Origin: Octopus sinensis
Taxonomy: Eukaryota
NCBI RefSeq assembly: GCF_006345805.1
Contig: NW_021835751.1
Location: 1-48,505, forward strand
Reading direction: 5' to 3'
DNA: 48,505 nucleotides
Part shown: piece by piece, positions 1 through 12,966 of the stretch
How positions within the stretch are numbered: position 1 is the first letter of the stretch
Layout of the letters: every line of letters begins with the position of its first letter
The notes under the pieces: generated by a model
What the model saw: only the letters and a program-made list of their open reading frames with translations
Told to the model about the DNA's origin: nothing
The model's database searches: none
Position numbers and translations under genes: made by a program

Positions 1-783
1 CAGCCGACTGCTGATCAGGATAATTCTCCAAATCCAAACCGAATCATCTGAAATCACAGACATGGAGCAGAAAGACCGTTACAGGACCATCTGCGAGGAT
101 AAATATGAGAGGCTTCAAAACCAATCAAACCAACACAGACGTGCCTGTCTAGTGACTGAAAGATGCGAATCGAGTGGAGCTTGGATCAACACACTCCCCG
201 TTGATAGACGCATCAGCACCAGACTTGGACTGGAGATTTGCCGGACTCACAAATGCCGGTGTGGGGCCACCGTCGATTGTTATGGACACCATGCTCTCTT
301 TTGTCGAAGAAGTGCAGGACGATTCCCAAGACACAAGGCGATCAACGAAATTGTTAAGCGAGCCCTGGAGTGTGCAGGATACCCCGCCGTACTTGAACCG
401 GTTGGTCTTGACAGAGGAGATGGAAAACGTCCTGATGGGATCACAATTTTCCCATTTGAAGAGGGGAAGCCTCTAGTTTGGGATTGCCGGGAGCGCAGTG
501 AACAGACTGCACGCCGCGGAAAAAACGATGAGGGCGAAGGAGAGAAAATATGAAGCGCTGCGAGATCGATTCGTGTTCTGTCCGATTGTGGTCGAGACAA
601 CTGGAGGGATAAGTAGGAAATCGCTTCGCTTCCTAAAGAAGCTTGGACGCTTAGCCACATTAAAAAGCCACGACACACGTGAGACCCGGTGGCTTCTCCA
701 ATTGATCTCCGTTGCTATCGTAAGAGGCAACGCAACGTCAATTATGTTGACGGGGTCCACTTCTGATGGATGGCTTTGTTAAC
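1..783 (+). mobile_element. CRE-like non-LTR retrotransposon, 3' part (CCHC finger + restriction-like endonuclease), frameshifted
   Basis: ORFs 62-553 and 498-782 encode [33 protein letters not shown] and VAIVRGNA. A deletion after WD shifts the frame. It continues upstream of the window; the full duplicate is at 17290-18934. Confidence 0.85.
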
Positions 784-860
784 TTTTAGTAAATTACTAA
801 TTATTTTTTTAAACTAACTTAAATAATGAAATATTTTTTTTATTTTTCGTGTCACTTCTA

Positions 861-2674
861 TACCATCTTCAGTTTAATTTTGATAATTTTTATATCAATT
901 TTGACACTCTGCATTAACTTTGACAATGCAATAAGTATTATTGACAATGCGATATTCATTTTTGACATTTTTAGATTAATTTTGACAAAATTGGCCGTTT
1001 GTACACCCTTCATACATTAGCGCATTTTGTAATAATAGTGCACGAAATTCCGTCAGGGTTTCATTTCCTACTACATGAACATCGTTATGAGGATTGTTGT
1101 GATTGAATAAATATGTCTTTACCAGCCTTAAGAATCAAAAAACAGCCTTTTTTAATCGTGATTAAAAAATGCTGGACATTTGAGGTGCGGTTATGCGACA
1201 ACTCGCCTACTTAAAATAAAAAGTAATTCGTTTTTTATATCAATAAGTATAGACAAATATTCACTAAAGATAATGCTTACGCTTGGGCCAGGACATCTGT
1301 CAGCCCCACCCATGCCGGTGCGGGTCCACGATCTTTCCGAACGGTTTGCACGCCCTCTCGTGCAAGAAGAGTGCTGGCAGAATTCCTCGCCACACTCACC
1401 TCAATGACGTCGTGAAAAGAGCTCTAGAGTCGGCAGGTTTCCCCTCCACTCTAGAGCCAGTCGGTCTCTGCCGGAGTGATGGAAAGCGTCCTGACGGGAT
1501 GACTACCTTCCTTTTCAAGGAAGGCAAGTCCCTGATTTGGGACGCAACTTGTGTTGACTCGTTCTCCGCGTCGGTGTTACTCAAGTCCATCACTAACCCG
1601 GGTTCCGCCAGTGCTCAGGCTGAGGAGGCTAAGAGGTCGAAGTATGGAAATATTTCGGACTCTTACGAGTTTGTCCCCCTCGCCTTCGAAACATCTGGAA
1701 TTGTCGGCAGGTCTGCGACTCGCCTTCTTGCCGACATTGCCAGGAGAATCGCCAAGAAGACCAACGACCGGAGGGAGACGAGCTGGCTCTTCCAGCGAAT
1801 CTCGGTCGCAGTGCTTCGCGGAAACAGCCACTCGATACGCAGTGCGGCGACTTTGAGCTGACCTCCAGGCTCTTTATTAATTCGTGTATAACTTATTCCC
1901 CATTTTACCTGTTTTTACACTTTGTGTAAAAAAAAAATTACACATATCAAGAAAACAAGAGAGGTCGAAAAAAGGGCAGCGATGTAATACACGTGCAGCT
2001 TCATCTAAAGAGCTAACATTCATGTTATCGGTTGCATCGGTACAAAAGGGGTAATACACTTTGAAATACGAAGAGGATCCTTTAATAAACAAACTGCGTA
2101 TGATTGGATTAAAGCATGCTTTAAAAAAGCATATGAAGTTTATCTAAGTCCAGTAGTTTTAATAATTGACAATGCTCCATGTCTACAGACATTGAAAAAA
2201 TACTTAAAGAAAATAAATTCACAAAAAAAACAAAATACTTCTACTGGAACCTTACAGTCCAATGTTAAATCCAATCGAACAAATATGGTCTAAAATGAAA
2301 ACTTTTAAAAAATGGCTGAAAATCTTGGGAATATCTTAGATGGAAATGAACTTGACTTGTCAAAAAAAGAATTTCGGAAACAGAGATTGGAGGATTTAAT
2401 TAAACAATCTACGGACGAAGTTACTCCAAAGATTTGTGCTAAGTTAATAGCCAGAATCCAAGGACTATTGCCTTCTTTATTAAATTACAAAGACGTAACA
2501 TTTTAATTTTTTCGTTTGATATAAATGAGTCATGATTTTTTTTCAATATTTTTAAAATTAACTTGGAAATCCAATATTGAATTTGGAAAACCACTTTGAA
2601 CTTGGAAATCCCATATTGAATTTGGAAAATCACACTTTGAACTTGGAAATTCCCATATTGAACTTGGAAAGGTA
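861..2674 (+). mobile_element. IS630/Tc1-like DNA transposon, decayed (DDE_3-type transposase)
   Basis: Remnants at about 1940-2300 read NIHVIGCIG..FEIRRGSF..VLIIDNAP..PYSPMLNPIEQIWSKMK. Imperfect termini TA|TACCATCTTCAG and TTGGAAAGGTA|TG resemble those of the 42152-44073 element. A subterminal TTGAAYTTGGAAA array lies at 2560-2670. Confidence 0.7.
1284..1937 (+). mobile_element. 5'-truncated CRE-like retrotransposon inserted in the IS630/Tc1-like element
   Basis: ORF 1283-1861 has CRCG..HALSC..RH..RPDG..WDATC..K.SKY..RGN. A10 tail at 1928-1937, after which the host transposase resumes (LHISRKQERS). Confidence 0.85.
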
Positions 2675-2756
2675 TGGATGAACACAAATTTGAGCTCAAC
2701 ACAAGGATGAACACAAGTGATATTTATGAATATACCAACGTGTTAAATTGATAAAA

Positions 2757-3519
2757 ATGTTTCGAATGGTAGCTTTGAATTTTCTAATTTCGTCTTAGAA
2801 TGAGATAAGTAGGACAACTGTGGTGGCCCTATCCTATTTTGGAGGGGTTGTTCTTGCTGCAGATAGCAGAACAACCCAAAATCCGAATACTCCGAACGAA
2901 ACCTGTAATAAATTGTTGAACTAACAAATTAGATAACAACAGTAAAAAGAAAATATTTCGAATTACGATCAACTCGATTGTAGGGTTCTCGGGGAACATG
3001 TATGTTTGTGAAATATTGTTGGATGCATGTCGTTCTAAATATTTTTCTGATTAATTTGTTATTTAGATTCGCCCATCATGTCGAATCATGGAATTTAGCA
3101 ATGTTCATTAAAGGAATTTTTGCAAACTTCCAATTCTATTGTCGGTATATTTTATTTTTTTTATATTTTTAGGGCGTGGTTCTTGTATGCATTTATAACG
3201 GTAGAATCTACACACGTAGGATTGATTCCTTTACATTTGTAGACAAATTAAATTTCCCGACGACAATGGGATCTGGACAAATCTTCGCATTGGAGAGGAT
3301 ATTCAGACAGTATTTTTGTATAATTATTGGCAGTTACCCCAGAGGATTTATAACGCAAAGTGAGGCGATTAAAGTAGCCCACGATGCAATAAATTATGCT
3401 GCGCAAAAGGACCGATTCATGGGAGGATTTTCCCAAAGTATATTTTAATAAATAATATCTTAGTTTACACAATATCTTCATCTGGGATTAGTTTAGTGGG
3501 GGTAACCCGACTAAACTAA
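2757..3519 (+). pseudogene. Divergent proteasome beta-type (Ntn-hydrolase) gene, paralog A; near-intact, 6 micro-introns, 2 lesions
   Basis: Manual splicing (introns 2769-2798, 2905-2932, 3039-3066, 3145-3172, 3310-3333, 3438-3463) gives MFRMNEISR-TTVVALSYFGGVVLAADSRTT..KKIF..VGFSG..MGSGQIFAL..SEAIKVAHDAINYAAQKDRFMGGFSQIYTISSSG. Lesions: intron 3 begins AT, and there is a 1-nt frame mismatch at the intron 4 acceptor. Confidence 0.8.
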
Positions 3520-3529
3520 TTGAAAACAA

Positions 3530-3700
3530 AAGATTTTTCAAACAATTCTGCGGGATTTTCGGGAGATGTGAAGCTAATACACGAATTAATGTATCATCGA
3601 TATAAAATACACCCAGTGTTATTTACATCTGAAGTACATTAAAAAATATGAGAGACAAATCAATCAAGGTTGTGTGCTTCTTCGACAACAAGCATTTTTA
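3530..3700 (+). pseudogene. Proteasome beta-like paralog B, fragment
   Basis: NSAGFSGDVKLIHEL followed by gtatcatcgatataaaata. Nucleotide similarity to 26221-26345 (paralog C). Confidence 0.55.
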
Positions 3701-5049
3701 GTGATTTTCGTGGATCACGTTATAGCCAGAAAGTAGAGACGCCAAAAAAAGACAGATCAAAGACTTAATTTTTCTGGATGTCTGCTATTGATTGATTTTA
3801 GTTTTATTTGATTCTTTTTTGATTCCTCGTTATTTTTAATAAATTTCTTGTTAATAGATAAATCAGAATAAAAATAGAGTAAAAAAATTCAAATAGATAT
3901 AAAAAAATCATTATAAAAATGTCAAAATAATAAAAGATTGACTTTTAAGGAATAAAATCAAAAAAATGATGAAAATGATAAAATTTCAAATTCTGTAATC
4001 AGGAAATGAAAGTTCATAAAGATTTATTCCTTACAAATCAAATTAAATAAGAATGTAGAAAAGTACACATAAAATACCAACAAACTAAGTCAACTACATG
4101 TATCAACGTGTTAATATTTAATAGGCTTATCTTTAAAAATAGGTTAACCATTTGTGTAATGATTTTAATTTTAATAAATATAAATTTTATTTACATTTTC
4201 GAGAAGCTTCTCCTACCAATATCAGTGAGAAATTGAATCACGGCCTAGCCGACGATTCCTGAGGTTTCTATAAACTTGGAACTCTCTCTGGATTGTCAAT
4301 TTTGTAAAGAACCATGCCTTTACCGACGACATGAGTATCAGATAAGTTTGACACTTTTTTAGTGAGGACAAAAGGAATGTGAATATTCTTCATGTCGATC
4401 AAGTTACTGTTTACTGAAATGTGCGATGAGACACCTGATTTGGCATTGAAAATTGACTTGATGTCCCCTTGCTAAATTCATTTGGGTCTTTCGTTGTTTC
4501 TGCGTTGAATCATTTAACACAAGCCGGGAAATGTAGCCAAGAAGCAGTCCAAGAATATTCCTCCTCCAAAGTGGGAGTGAGTGGGTGAAGTTGGCAGAGA
4601 GGAGTCTCTTCTAGACTCGATATTGAATCCTTCTCCAAACTAGGTCCCTATGCCAGGCGTGATCACAGCCGAACAGCGATTGGATTGGGATAGGCGTAAG
4701 CTTGCTGATAGGCAGAAAAGGAATAGTCATTATGTGAGATAACCGAGTTTATTGATAGGAAATGTATGAAGTTAATTTGATGGAGCAATGCGACCTGTTT
4801 TTATTGATGGAAAAAGAACTTATCGACTAAAGAGTGAACATCGAGAGCTGCAAGCTTTTTGTGAATTATTTGTATGCTACGCCTTCTATTAGCTTGAGAG
4901 CTAGCTCTTGTCTTTTCCTGACACGAGTAGGACTAGGCCTTTTTATTACCGAATCTTGAGAAGAGCGTGCTTTCCAAATCGCAAAGATTTTTTTTCGACG
5001 AAACTTTGAGAGGAAAAGGCAAATTTCTTACCACTTTTTTGACTCAAAA

Positions 5050-5500
5050 ATGCTAAAGCTTCACGTTGCAATGAGAATCGGGGCCGAGCTTTCGCCCACG
5101 CAAGTCGGTGTTGGTGTACGTGGCGGCTGTGAAGGAGCTGTCCATGCCACCAGGGGTTTTTTCTACATGGGCCAACGTTTTACTACTGATTTCATCGTGG
5201 TGAAGCTGGATATCACCAACGCTTTCAACAACATAGGCCGCGATGCCATTTTGGAAACATGCTCTCGAAGAGCACCGGAAATAATTCATCTTGTCTCGCT
5301 TGCGTACGGTTAGGAGAGCAGTCTTGTATATGGGAATGAGATCATCCGTTCGCAGACTGGCGTGCAACAGGGTGACCCGCTTGGGCCACTTCTCTTCGCG
5401 ATAACAATCGATGAGGCAGCTCGACTTGCTGTCTCTCCTTTCAATCTTTGGTATCTTGATAATGACACATTGGGTGGCCGTGCTGATCAAGTAATTTTGA
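5050..5500 (+). mobile_element. CRE-like reverse transcriptase fragment
   Basis: LSPTQVGVGVRGGCEGAVHA..KLDITNAFN..(stop)..GVQQGDPLGPLLF..LWYLDN. Confidence 0.8.
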
Positions 5501-6050
5501 CTTGGTCCCAAAAATGGCGAGCAATAGAGGGAAAACGTTGAAAAAGATTCGTATATTTAGCTGACTCCCGGAGAACAAGAAAACAATCATAAAATGTATT
5601 CACCTCTAAATTAATTTATAGACACGAAAGGGATTTCGAAAATTAGACATATTCAAGATTGCTTGTACGGAATTATGGCCCTCAGCACACATATTTTTAT
5701 CAAATTATGTTATTTTAGGTTAAATAATTCCTAAGATATGTCCAATTCCAGTCGCAAACACACACCGATACAGATGGCTTCGTCCTCCAAGAGCAGACCA
5801 TTAGACGCCAGTTGGAGAGCACTTAACTAATCCTCAGAATGAGGGTGACAGGCGCAGTTCAACAACACCAACTGCATCTGTCGGTCCACTAAATGAGAAT
5901 ACCTGATGACATCCCAACTGTATGGAAGGAATCTCGGAGAGGTCAAATCCGAGCGATCTCCATTCGTGAACAGCAGCTGGGTATTCCGATAGCTCGTAGA
6001 GTTAGAGATTTGTTACGGCATGTTACACAAATATTATACAAATTACTATA

Positions 6051-7575
6051 CAGTCCGACCCCGAATTGGGGCACCAAGTGCCCCAAAAAGCGGGGGTGCC
6101 CCAAAAACAGGGGTTTAATAAAAACAGAGATTTTTAAACATCAAAAATCAATTTTAGAAAAATAATCAGTTAATTTATCCCCAGTTTTCCTTTTACTTCT
6201 TACATTTTTCATAAAATTAAGTCGAAAATCGTAAAATTCTTTAAGCATTTCAGGAGATTTGTGAAAAATTTTCTTTTTTAACTGATCAAGAGAATCTTGC
6301 GTTTCTCTTAGACTTGTTTCCATGTTATCGTTTTTTAAACCTTCGTTATAAATATTATCGACGAATTCGTCATTTTCCCCATCCAATGTTTCGTTTACGG
6401 CATTGTTGATTAATTCTTCTGTAATGCTATCTTTAATTATTACGGAATCACGAATCTTTTCAACTTGATTCCAACAATTAAATATCAAGTTTTTCCCAGC
6501 TTTTAGAAATTAGCAGGATTACCTGACGAAGGTTTATTTTGTTTATCGACCGTTTGAATTCATCACCATCATCCTCAAAGCACAAAAACTGAATCAGATA
6601 ATTTGAGTAATATGCATTTTTAGATAATGAGTATGAAATTCCAAAATCTTTCACATTGAAATTTTTGAGACATCGAGGGTTTTTAAATTTTCCAACAATC
6701 AATGGCTCAAGTTTTTCTCCCATAGAATTGCAACAAAGAAGTACGGTGACTCTTTCTTTTCCCTGTTTAAAGCCAAAAGTATCGTCATTTATTCCGACAA
6801 ACGACTTTCTCGGTGTCCTTTTTATATAAAGCGCTGTTTCATCACAATTAAAGACATTTTCTCTTCCATATTCCGCAATTTTCTCGTCAAGGATTTAAAA
6901 AAACTCATTGATGTAAGTTAAGTCAGATGAATTTTTCTCTCCACAAATTGATTTGAATCTCAGTTCATGACGCTTTTTGAATCTGTCAAGCCAGCCGTTT
7001 GAAGCTTTGAAAGAATTAAATCCAATTTTTGAAGCCGTATATAAGGCGATTTTCTTTATGAAAGGACCTGATATTGAAACTTTATCTTCCCGTAGTTTCT
7101 GAAATATTTCAAAAACTTGATCATCAAATTTCGATTTCTCACAATAAGACATAGGATCTTCATCCGTGTTTACAGTTCCTTGTTCAAGAAAAGGCACAAT
7201 TGTTTTTTTTTATTCGTGAAATCATGCCTTTGCTAGTTTTATATTTTTAAATTATCTGTCTTTCAGATAATTTTTTCTTCAATATCAATTTAGCAATCTT
7301 TAATTTTGTTTCATAGCTTATAACCATTGACAACAAAAAAATGTAAATAAACGTGTAAATTTAAATTATGTATTTATTAATAAAATATAATTTTATTTAC
7401 TTATAATTTCATTCCCCACAATTTTATAGTGCCCCAAAATTTTCATATTTTTTATCGATTTTCCATTTTACTCTGCCAAAATGTTGGCCAGAAAAAAGTG
7501 CCCCAAAATGCGGGGGTGCCCTAAAATCCGAGAGTGCCCCACCCCTGGGGTCTGCCCCAATTCGGGGTCGGACTG
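6051..7575 (-). mobile_element. pogo/Tigger-type transposon, internally deleted
   Basis: Perfect 23-bp TIR CAGTCCGACCCCGAATTGGGGCA with TA on both flanks. CENP-B HTH FKASNGWLDRFKKRH (6895-7197) and KER.TVLLCCNS.GEKL..IVGK are present. The DDE_1 core is missing after SKNAY. Confidence 0.92.
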
Positions 7576-8346
7576 TATAATGCTCGATGTGATTAGAATT
7601 TTTTTTATTTCTATTTTAGATCTCAAATTCGCATAGTTAATTAAAGTCATTAATTTTGACTGTCCTTGTCGTCTAAAAAGAAATAGTATATGAGTACACT
7701 GGACGTCTTCAATAATGTTAACCTGTTGAATTCACATTGTTTGCTAAAGTTAAATAGACTGACAATATTAAATGTTATTTATTTTATTTTCTAAATGTTT
7801 TTTACTTATCGAATTAAGCATGTCACATTCTGTTATTGTGTTGTACGTTCCTGTTTTTTATTTTTATTTGATTATTTTTTGTCATTAATGTTTTATTTTT
7901 GATTTTTTATTTGCTTGAAGATTAATTGAATTGACTGCTGGTAAAATATCTTGGATAAAGTTTATTTTGCAAGCGAATTTGTTTTTATTTAATCAACTAA
8001 ATAATCTTCGTTAATATGGGTTTTTTGAATTAAATTTATTTTTATCTACATACTATTTTTATTTTTTGGTATTTTATTGTTTATTTTTATAGTTGTAGTT
8101 TATTGCAGTAAAATATGGATACTTGTAATCTTGAGAATGAAATTTTTTATTATTAACTGATATTTTTTGAAGAGAACAAATTAAAATGGATTAATTCTGT
8201 TGGACTTAGTAGAGACTGAGCATAGTCAATGTCAGTACACAAATCTGGTCTTTAAGTTTTTGTAAAAAACAGATTACCAGAGATTATTTGGACGCACTGC
8301 ATGCTTTAACGTTTTCGCTTGGTTATCGAACTTAATTGAACTCAAT

Positions 8347-8822
8347 TCAGATAAAATATATTTGCTTGAATATGCATGGTGCCATAGAGAAATTTCCATC
8401 CATATACCATGTTTTAGAATTTGCCAATAACGCTAAATTACTATTGGTACTAAATATTAAAATTCTATCGTTTCTTCTATGATTATCATAAATTAAAAAG
8501 TTTTCTGAATCTGGACCAAGAGTTAAAGTTAAAAATAATGGAATATCTTCGAGATCTAGAATATTTTTTGGAATAGGTAGAGACAAGCGTTGATTCCTTA
8601 TTGTTCGCTTGAAAGAATCTGCAGAAGGGAGAATAATTTTGGATGCTGTATCACATTGAGAAACAACATTTGAACAGATTTGTAAGGGATTCTCTTGGCT
8701 CTTTTTTACAAGAAGTTTTGCTTTGTTGCACAACTTCGTCACTTTTATTTGAGTTTCGTCTAATTCCTGATTGTGAGAAATTCCTTCTTTAGGAAACTCA
8801 AAGTTATTATCTGTTTTTATTA
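8347..8822 (-). mobile_element. MULE (Mutator-like) transposase fragment
   Basis: RTIRNQR..P..FLIYD..RILIFST..L..SKTWYMDGNF.MAP..FKQIY. No TIRs found. Confidence 0.75.
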
Positions 8823-8825
8823 AAT

Positions 8826-10071
8826 CACTTTATAGCCTGCATTGAGGATGTTTTGTATTGTGGAGGCCATTGATTTGGGGATATCTTCATATAGTTTCCG
8901 CTCGGCAAGAACACAGTAATCACAAAATGTTAAATTTCCTGCGTTAAATCGACGAGAATTGTTGCCTATAAAATCAATATAATTTTGATAGGGAACTTCC
9001 TAAACTTTAAATTATTTAACTAAAACCACGTCGAGTATATAATTATAATAGTCAGTAAGACCAGTTAGTTCATAAAATAGGTCAAGTATTTCATCAAAAT
9101 ACTTCGTTTATTTAATAAAAGAAACCTCACTGCTTCGATAAAAATTTTCAGCTTCAATGTTCTGACGTGCCAAAAAATTTAAATCGTCAAATTTTCCAAT
9201 TTGATTATCAAAAATAAGTCCAATATTATATAGATACGTTCCATAGTCAAACATCTTTTTTATAGCTCAATTAACATACATTATACGGATCACAAAGACC
9301 ATCTCCAATTGCCATTCCAACTAAATTAATTGGCGTTGGATTGTTCCGGCTATATTGATCTATTGCAGAAACCATTGCAGGAATATATTTTCCGGCATAA
9401 GATTCTCCAGTAATGTAAAGGGGGTTAATCCTCAATTCTGGAAAAAGCAGATAAAATTGTTGCATGAAACTAACTCGTGTCAGTTTGATAAGATTACATT
9501 GATAAATAATAACCAACTTGTTCTTCGTTTGTAAGATAGCACTCTGTATCTGAAAAACTAAATCCAGATCCGACCTAGAAGTAACTAATTAAAATATACA
9601 GGATTGTCGATGTAAATAACGCTAAACTCTTTTGTCCACAAAATCTCTCTTAATTTTACTGCATAATTAATTAAAAATAAATAACATTCGTTGTCTGAAT
9701 TAAAAAAGTATGGACCATTTTCAACAAAAGCAGCATAAATCGAAGAAGTTCCGGGTCCACCCTGCAACCAAACTAGAATAGGTGCTGATATGTTTCCGTT
9801 CTTTTGTGATCATAAAAATAATTAAACCTCGGCTGGAAAATACCAGAAATATGTATTTCTTTCACATTCATTGCTTACTCTGAAAAAACCAGCGTAGAGT
9901 TCAGCATTTCCTATTATAGGTTCAACTCTGCTCAATTCCCTAGCCAATTCTCCTTGTCCATTATTTAAGTAGTCAGTAAGAATTAAAGGTAGGAACTCTT
10001 GAAATTTGAGGAGAATTTATGTAGTTACATCCAATGTAAAATATGTTTAAAATGATGAACAAAATTTTCAT
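8826..10071 (-). pseudogene. CPVL: Serine carboxypeptidase S10, CPVL-like; 3'-truncated
   Basis: Spliced across about 7 introns of 24-30 nt: PLILTDYL..RELSRV..YAGFF..FWYFPAE..WLQGGPG.SS..ENGP..IYIDNPVGSGFSF..ITGESYAGKYIPA..IGDGLCDP..ELTG..NAGNLTF..GYKV, collinear with animal CPVL. It stops before the catalytic Asp/His region. The signal-peptide-like N-terminus is out of frame. Confidence 0.85.
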
Positions 10072-10415
10072 TTTCTAATCTTTAAAAATGTTTAATTTAA
10101 TTTAATTTTAATTTATTGAACCAGAAAACCACCGTCATAGCCAAAAGAAAGAAGAATTCAGGTGATCCCAGCCTCCCTCAGCAGTTCGCGCAGCCTCTCC
10201 CGATGTTCCGCCGTTGTCCCGACGCATTTTCGGTACGGACGGGGATTTTCAGGACGAACCTCTCTGTTGTTCCAGACTTTTGGGATAATCTCTTTATCGG
10301 AGAAAGTATTCAGCAGGTTGCCGCTTTCACCCGAATTTTGTCGATTTTTGATCGATTGTTTGCACTTAAGTTTGTTCCCCAGATTCCGCACGCATAGCCG
10401 ATCGTAGGTTCAAAG

Positions 10416-12630
10416 CAGGGTTGTTAGATTTAAATCATTTGATTTTAATCAACAATAAAAATCAATGATTTAAATCATTAAAAAAAATCAAAAAAATCAA
10501 AAAAATCATTTAAATTTTTTTAAATGTCTGGAAGAAAGCGTGATTCTTTGTGGGCTTATTTTGATAAACGTATTATTCCTGGAAAGACCGGAAGCCGTGC
10601 CAGATGTCGTAATTGTGGGAAGGACATACAAGGTCTTGTATCTCGGATGAGGCAGCATCATTTATTATGTCGAAGTAATATTGATATCCCTGAAAATATG
10701 CCGAGACCTGAAAGCGAATTTCCTCCAAGCGAATTTCCTCGTATTATTCCTGGAAAGACCGGAAGCCGTGCCAGATGTCGTAATTGTGGGAAGGACATAC
10801 AAGGTCTTGTATCTCGGATGAGGCAGCATCATTTATTATGTCGAAGTAATATTGATATCCCTGAAAATATGCCGAGACCTGAAAGCGAATTTCCTCCAAG
10901 GATGAAGGACCATTCATTAATCAATTTCGTAACTACGACGACTTCATCTAAGAAAGATTTGATGGATCTGCAACTCGCTAGATACATATTTTCTACAAAC
11001 ACTCCGTTTGCTGCTGTAGAACATCCCGAATTTGTCAAATTCGTCCAAATGCTTCTTCCTGGGTATCGTTTACCCTCTCGTCATCAAATTGGTGGTACAT
11101 TACTTGATCATGTGTACGACCAAATACATGAAGACTGTCGACAAAGACTCCAGGACAAAACAGTGTCTATGATGTTGGACGGGTGGAGCAACATTCATAA
11201 TGAACCCGTTATTTGTGTCTCGGTTGTGACATCAGATGGGGAAAATTATCTCATTGACACTGTGGACACTTCTGGATATAGCCACACTGCGGAATATCTT
11301 CAATCTGTTGCTTTAGCCTCCGCACAATTGGCTGAACAACGGTTTGGATGTAAAATCGGCAGTCTTGTAACGGATAATGCTGCCAACATGACTAAAATGA
11401 GACGGATAATGATGGAAGATGGCAATGAAATAATTACTTATGGTTGCTCGGCACATTATCTCAACCTTCTTGTGAAGGATGTCGAGGTAGCGGACGTTAA
11501 AGGAACTATTGTAACAATCAATAAATATTTCCGAAACGTCCATCTTCCAGCTGCATGGTACAAATCTAATGGAGGAAAAAAACTCGTTCTTCCGATTGAT
11601 GTACGGTGGAACACTTTATCAGACTGTTTTCAATCTTATCTGGATAATTGGTCTATTATTTTGAGAACTTGTGAGGAACACAGAACGGATATTGATACAG
11701 AGATTTTTTCCAAGGTCCAAAATATTTCCCTAAAACGACGCGTTGAAGAATATCTGATGCTTATTAAACCAATTGCTGTCGCTTTAGATAAAATTCAGAA
11801 TGATTCTACCACGATTAGTCATGCTGTAGAAATTTGGAAAGAACTTGAACAGACATATATTGACAATGGATGTACGAATATTTTAGGAAAAGTGAGAATT
11901 CGAGCAAAACAAGCATTAACACCTTTCCACTTACTTGCGAATTTGATCGACCCGACATGTAGTGGGAAATCTCTTTCAAATGTTGAGATTGACATTGCAT
12001 TGAGTTATTGTGCTCAAAATTATGAATATGCACTTCCGACTCTGATTAATTTCAGAGCAAAAGCTGATCCATTTAAACAATACATGTTTGCTCCGATTTA
12101 TTGAGTAAAGTATCACCTATAGCTTGGTGGGAGTCGAATTCATACCAGTTACCTTCACAAGTAATTTCACTATGCAAAAAAATTCTTGGAGCAGTTGCTT
12201 CGACAGGTGGAATAGAAAGAATCTTTTCAACATTCGGATTTCTACATTCAAATGTACGCAATAGGCTGGGGATCGAAAAAGCAGCCAAACTTGTTTCCAT
12301 TTACAAGCTTTTAAATAAATAAAAACGATTTCCATTGTTTTTGTTTTTTATTTTAGTTCGCTTTGAAATATTTTTTTATTTATTAACCCGAAGACCACAA
12401 AGAAAGAAAGCGTAATGCAAACTAGTTAAGTGATCCCGGTGGACATAAGGAACTACGATAGATCGTTCTGCGTGGCCGTTTTTCAGTGTTTATGTACAAA
12501 GAGAGAGGTTCTCTGATAAGCCAGGTGGAAAGGGTCGTTTTGAAATAAAGATCATTTAATTCAAAAAAATCTGATTTAAATCAAAAAAATCGTGATTAAA
12601 TCAAAAAAATCATGATTTTTAACAACCCTG
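10416..12630 (+). mobile_element. hAT transposon, full length, one frameshift
   Basis: TIR CAGGGTTGTTA, 8-bp TSD GTTCAAAG (10408-10415 / 12631-12638) and AAATCA-rich subterminal repeats. ORFs 10524-12104 and 12101-12322 carry a BED finger, LDGWS, VTDNAAN, CSAH, RWN and GIERIFS. Confidence 0.95.
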
Positions 12631-12966
12631 GTTCAAAGTATTGATTATACATGTTGTTTAGGCCATATAGGCCTTTGCATTCTTTTGCGTTCTTCAGGAA
12701 GGCATTCAGGAAGTTAACCTTTCTTGCACCCGCCATAACTACATTTTCAACGTGGGTTGAAAAGGTTAGAAAGGTGTCGAATGTTACTCCAAGAATCTTC
12801 TGGGTTTTGCTCTGCGGTATAATTTCCCCGTCTAACTTCGCTTCAATTGAGACTTTCCCAAGCCTTCTGTTTTTCGTAAAAAGAGTCAAAATAGATTTTT
12901 CCGGACTTGCCTCCAGTTCGTTTTTATATAGCCATGAACTCAGATTGTTGAGGTTATCCTGTATTC

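Larger units (their letters stand above)
1..4519 (+). repeat. Segmental duplication, copy 1 (direct repeat of 18152-22438)
   Basis: ORF translations are identical at an offset of 18151 for 62-1861. Collinear similarity continues to gaatcattta (4519 / 22438). Confidence 0.95.

Noticed and set aside
826-1020. Hydrophobic 64-aa membrane-protein-like ORF (also 2439-2714)
   Set aside because: Translation of T-rich subterminal transposon repeats.
149-1856. Overlapping and antisense ORFs across the CRE-like elements (and equivalents at 18300-20007, 22523-25754)
   Set aside because: Shadow frames of relatively GC-rich retroelement coding sequence with no recognisable motifs.
4140-5050. Possible gene remnants and unexplained sequence (also 5520-6048 and 26700-27350)
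   Set aside because: No motif, repeat or splice pattern that I could support.
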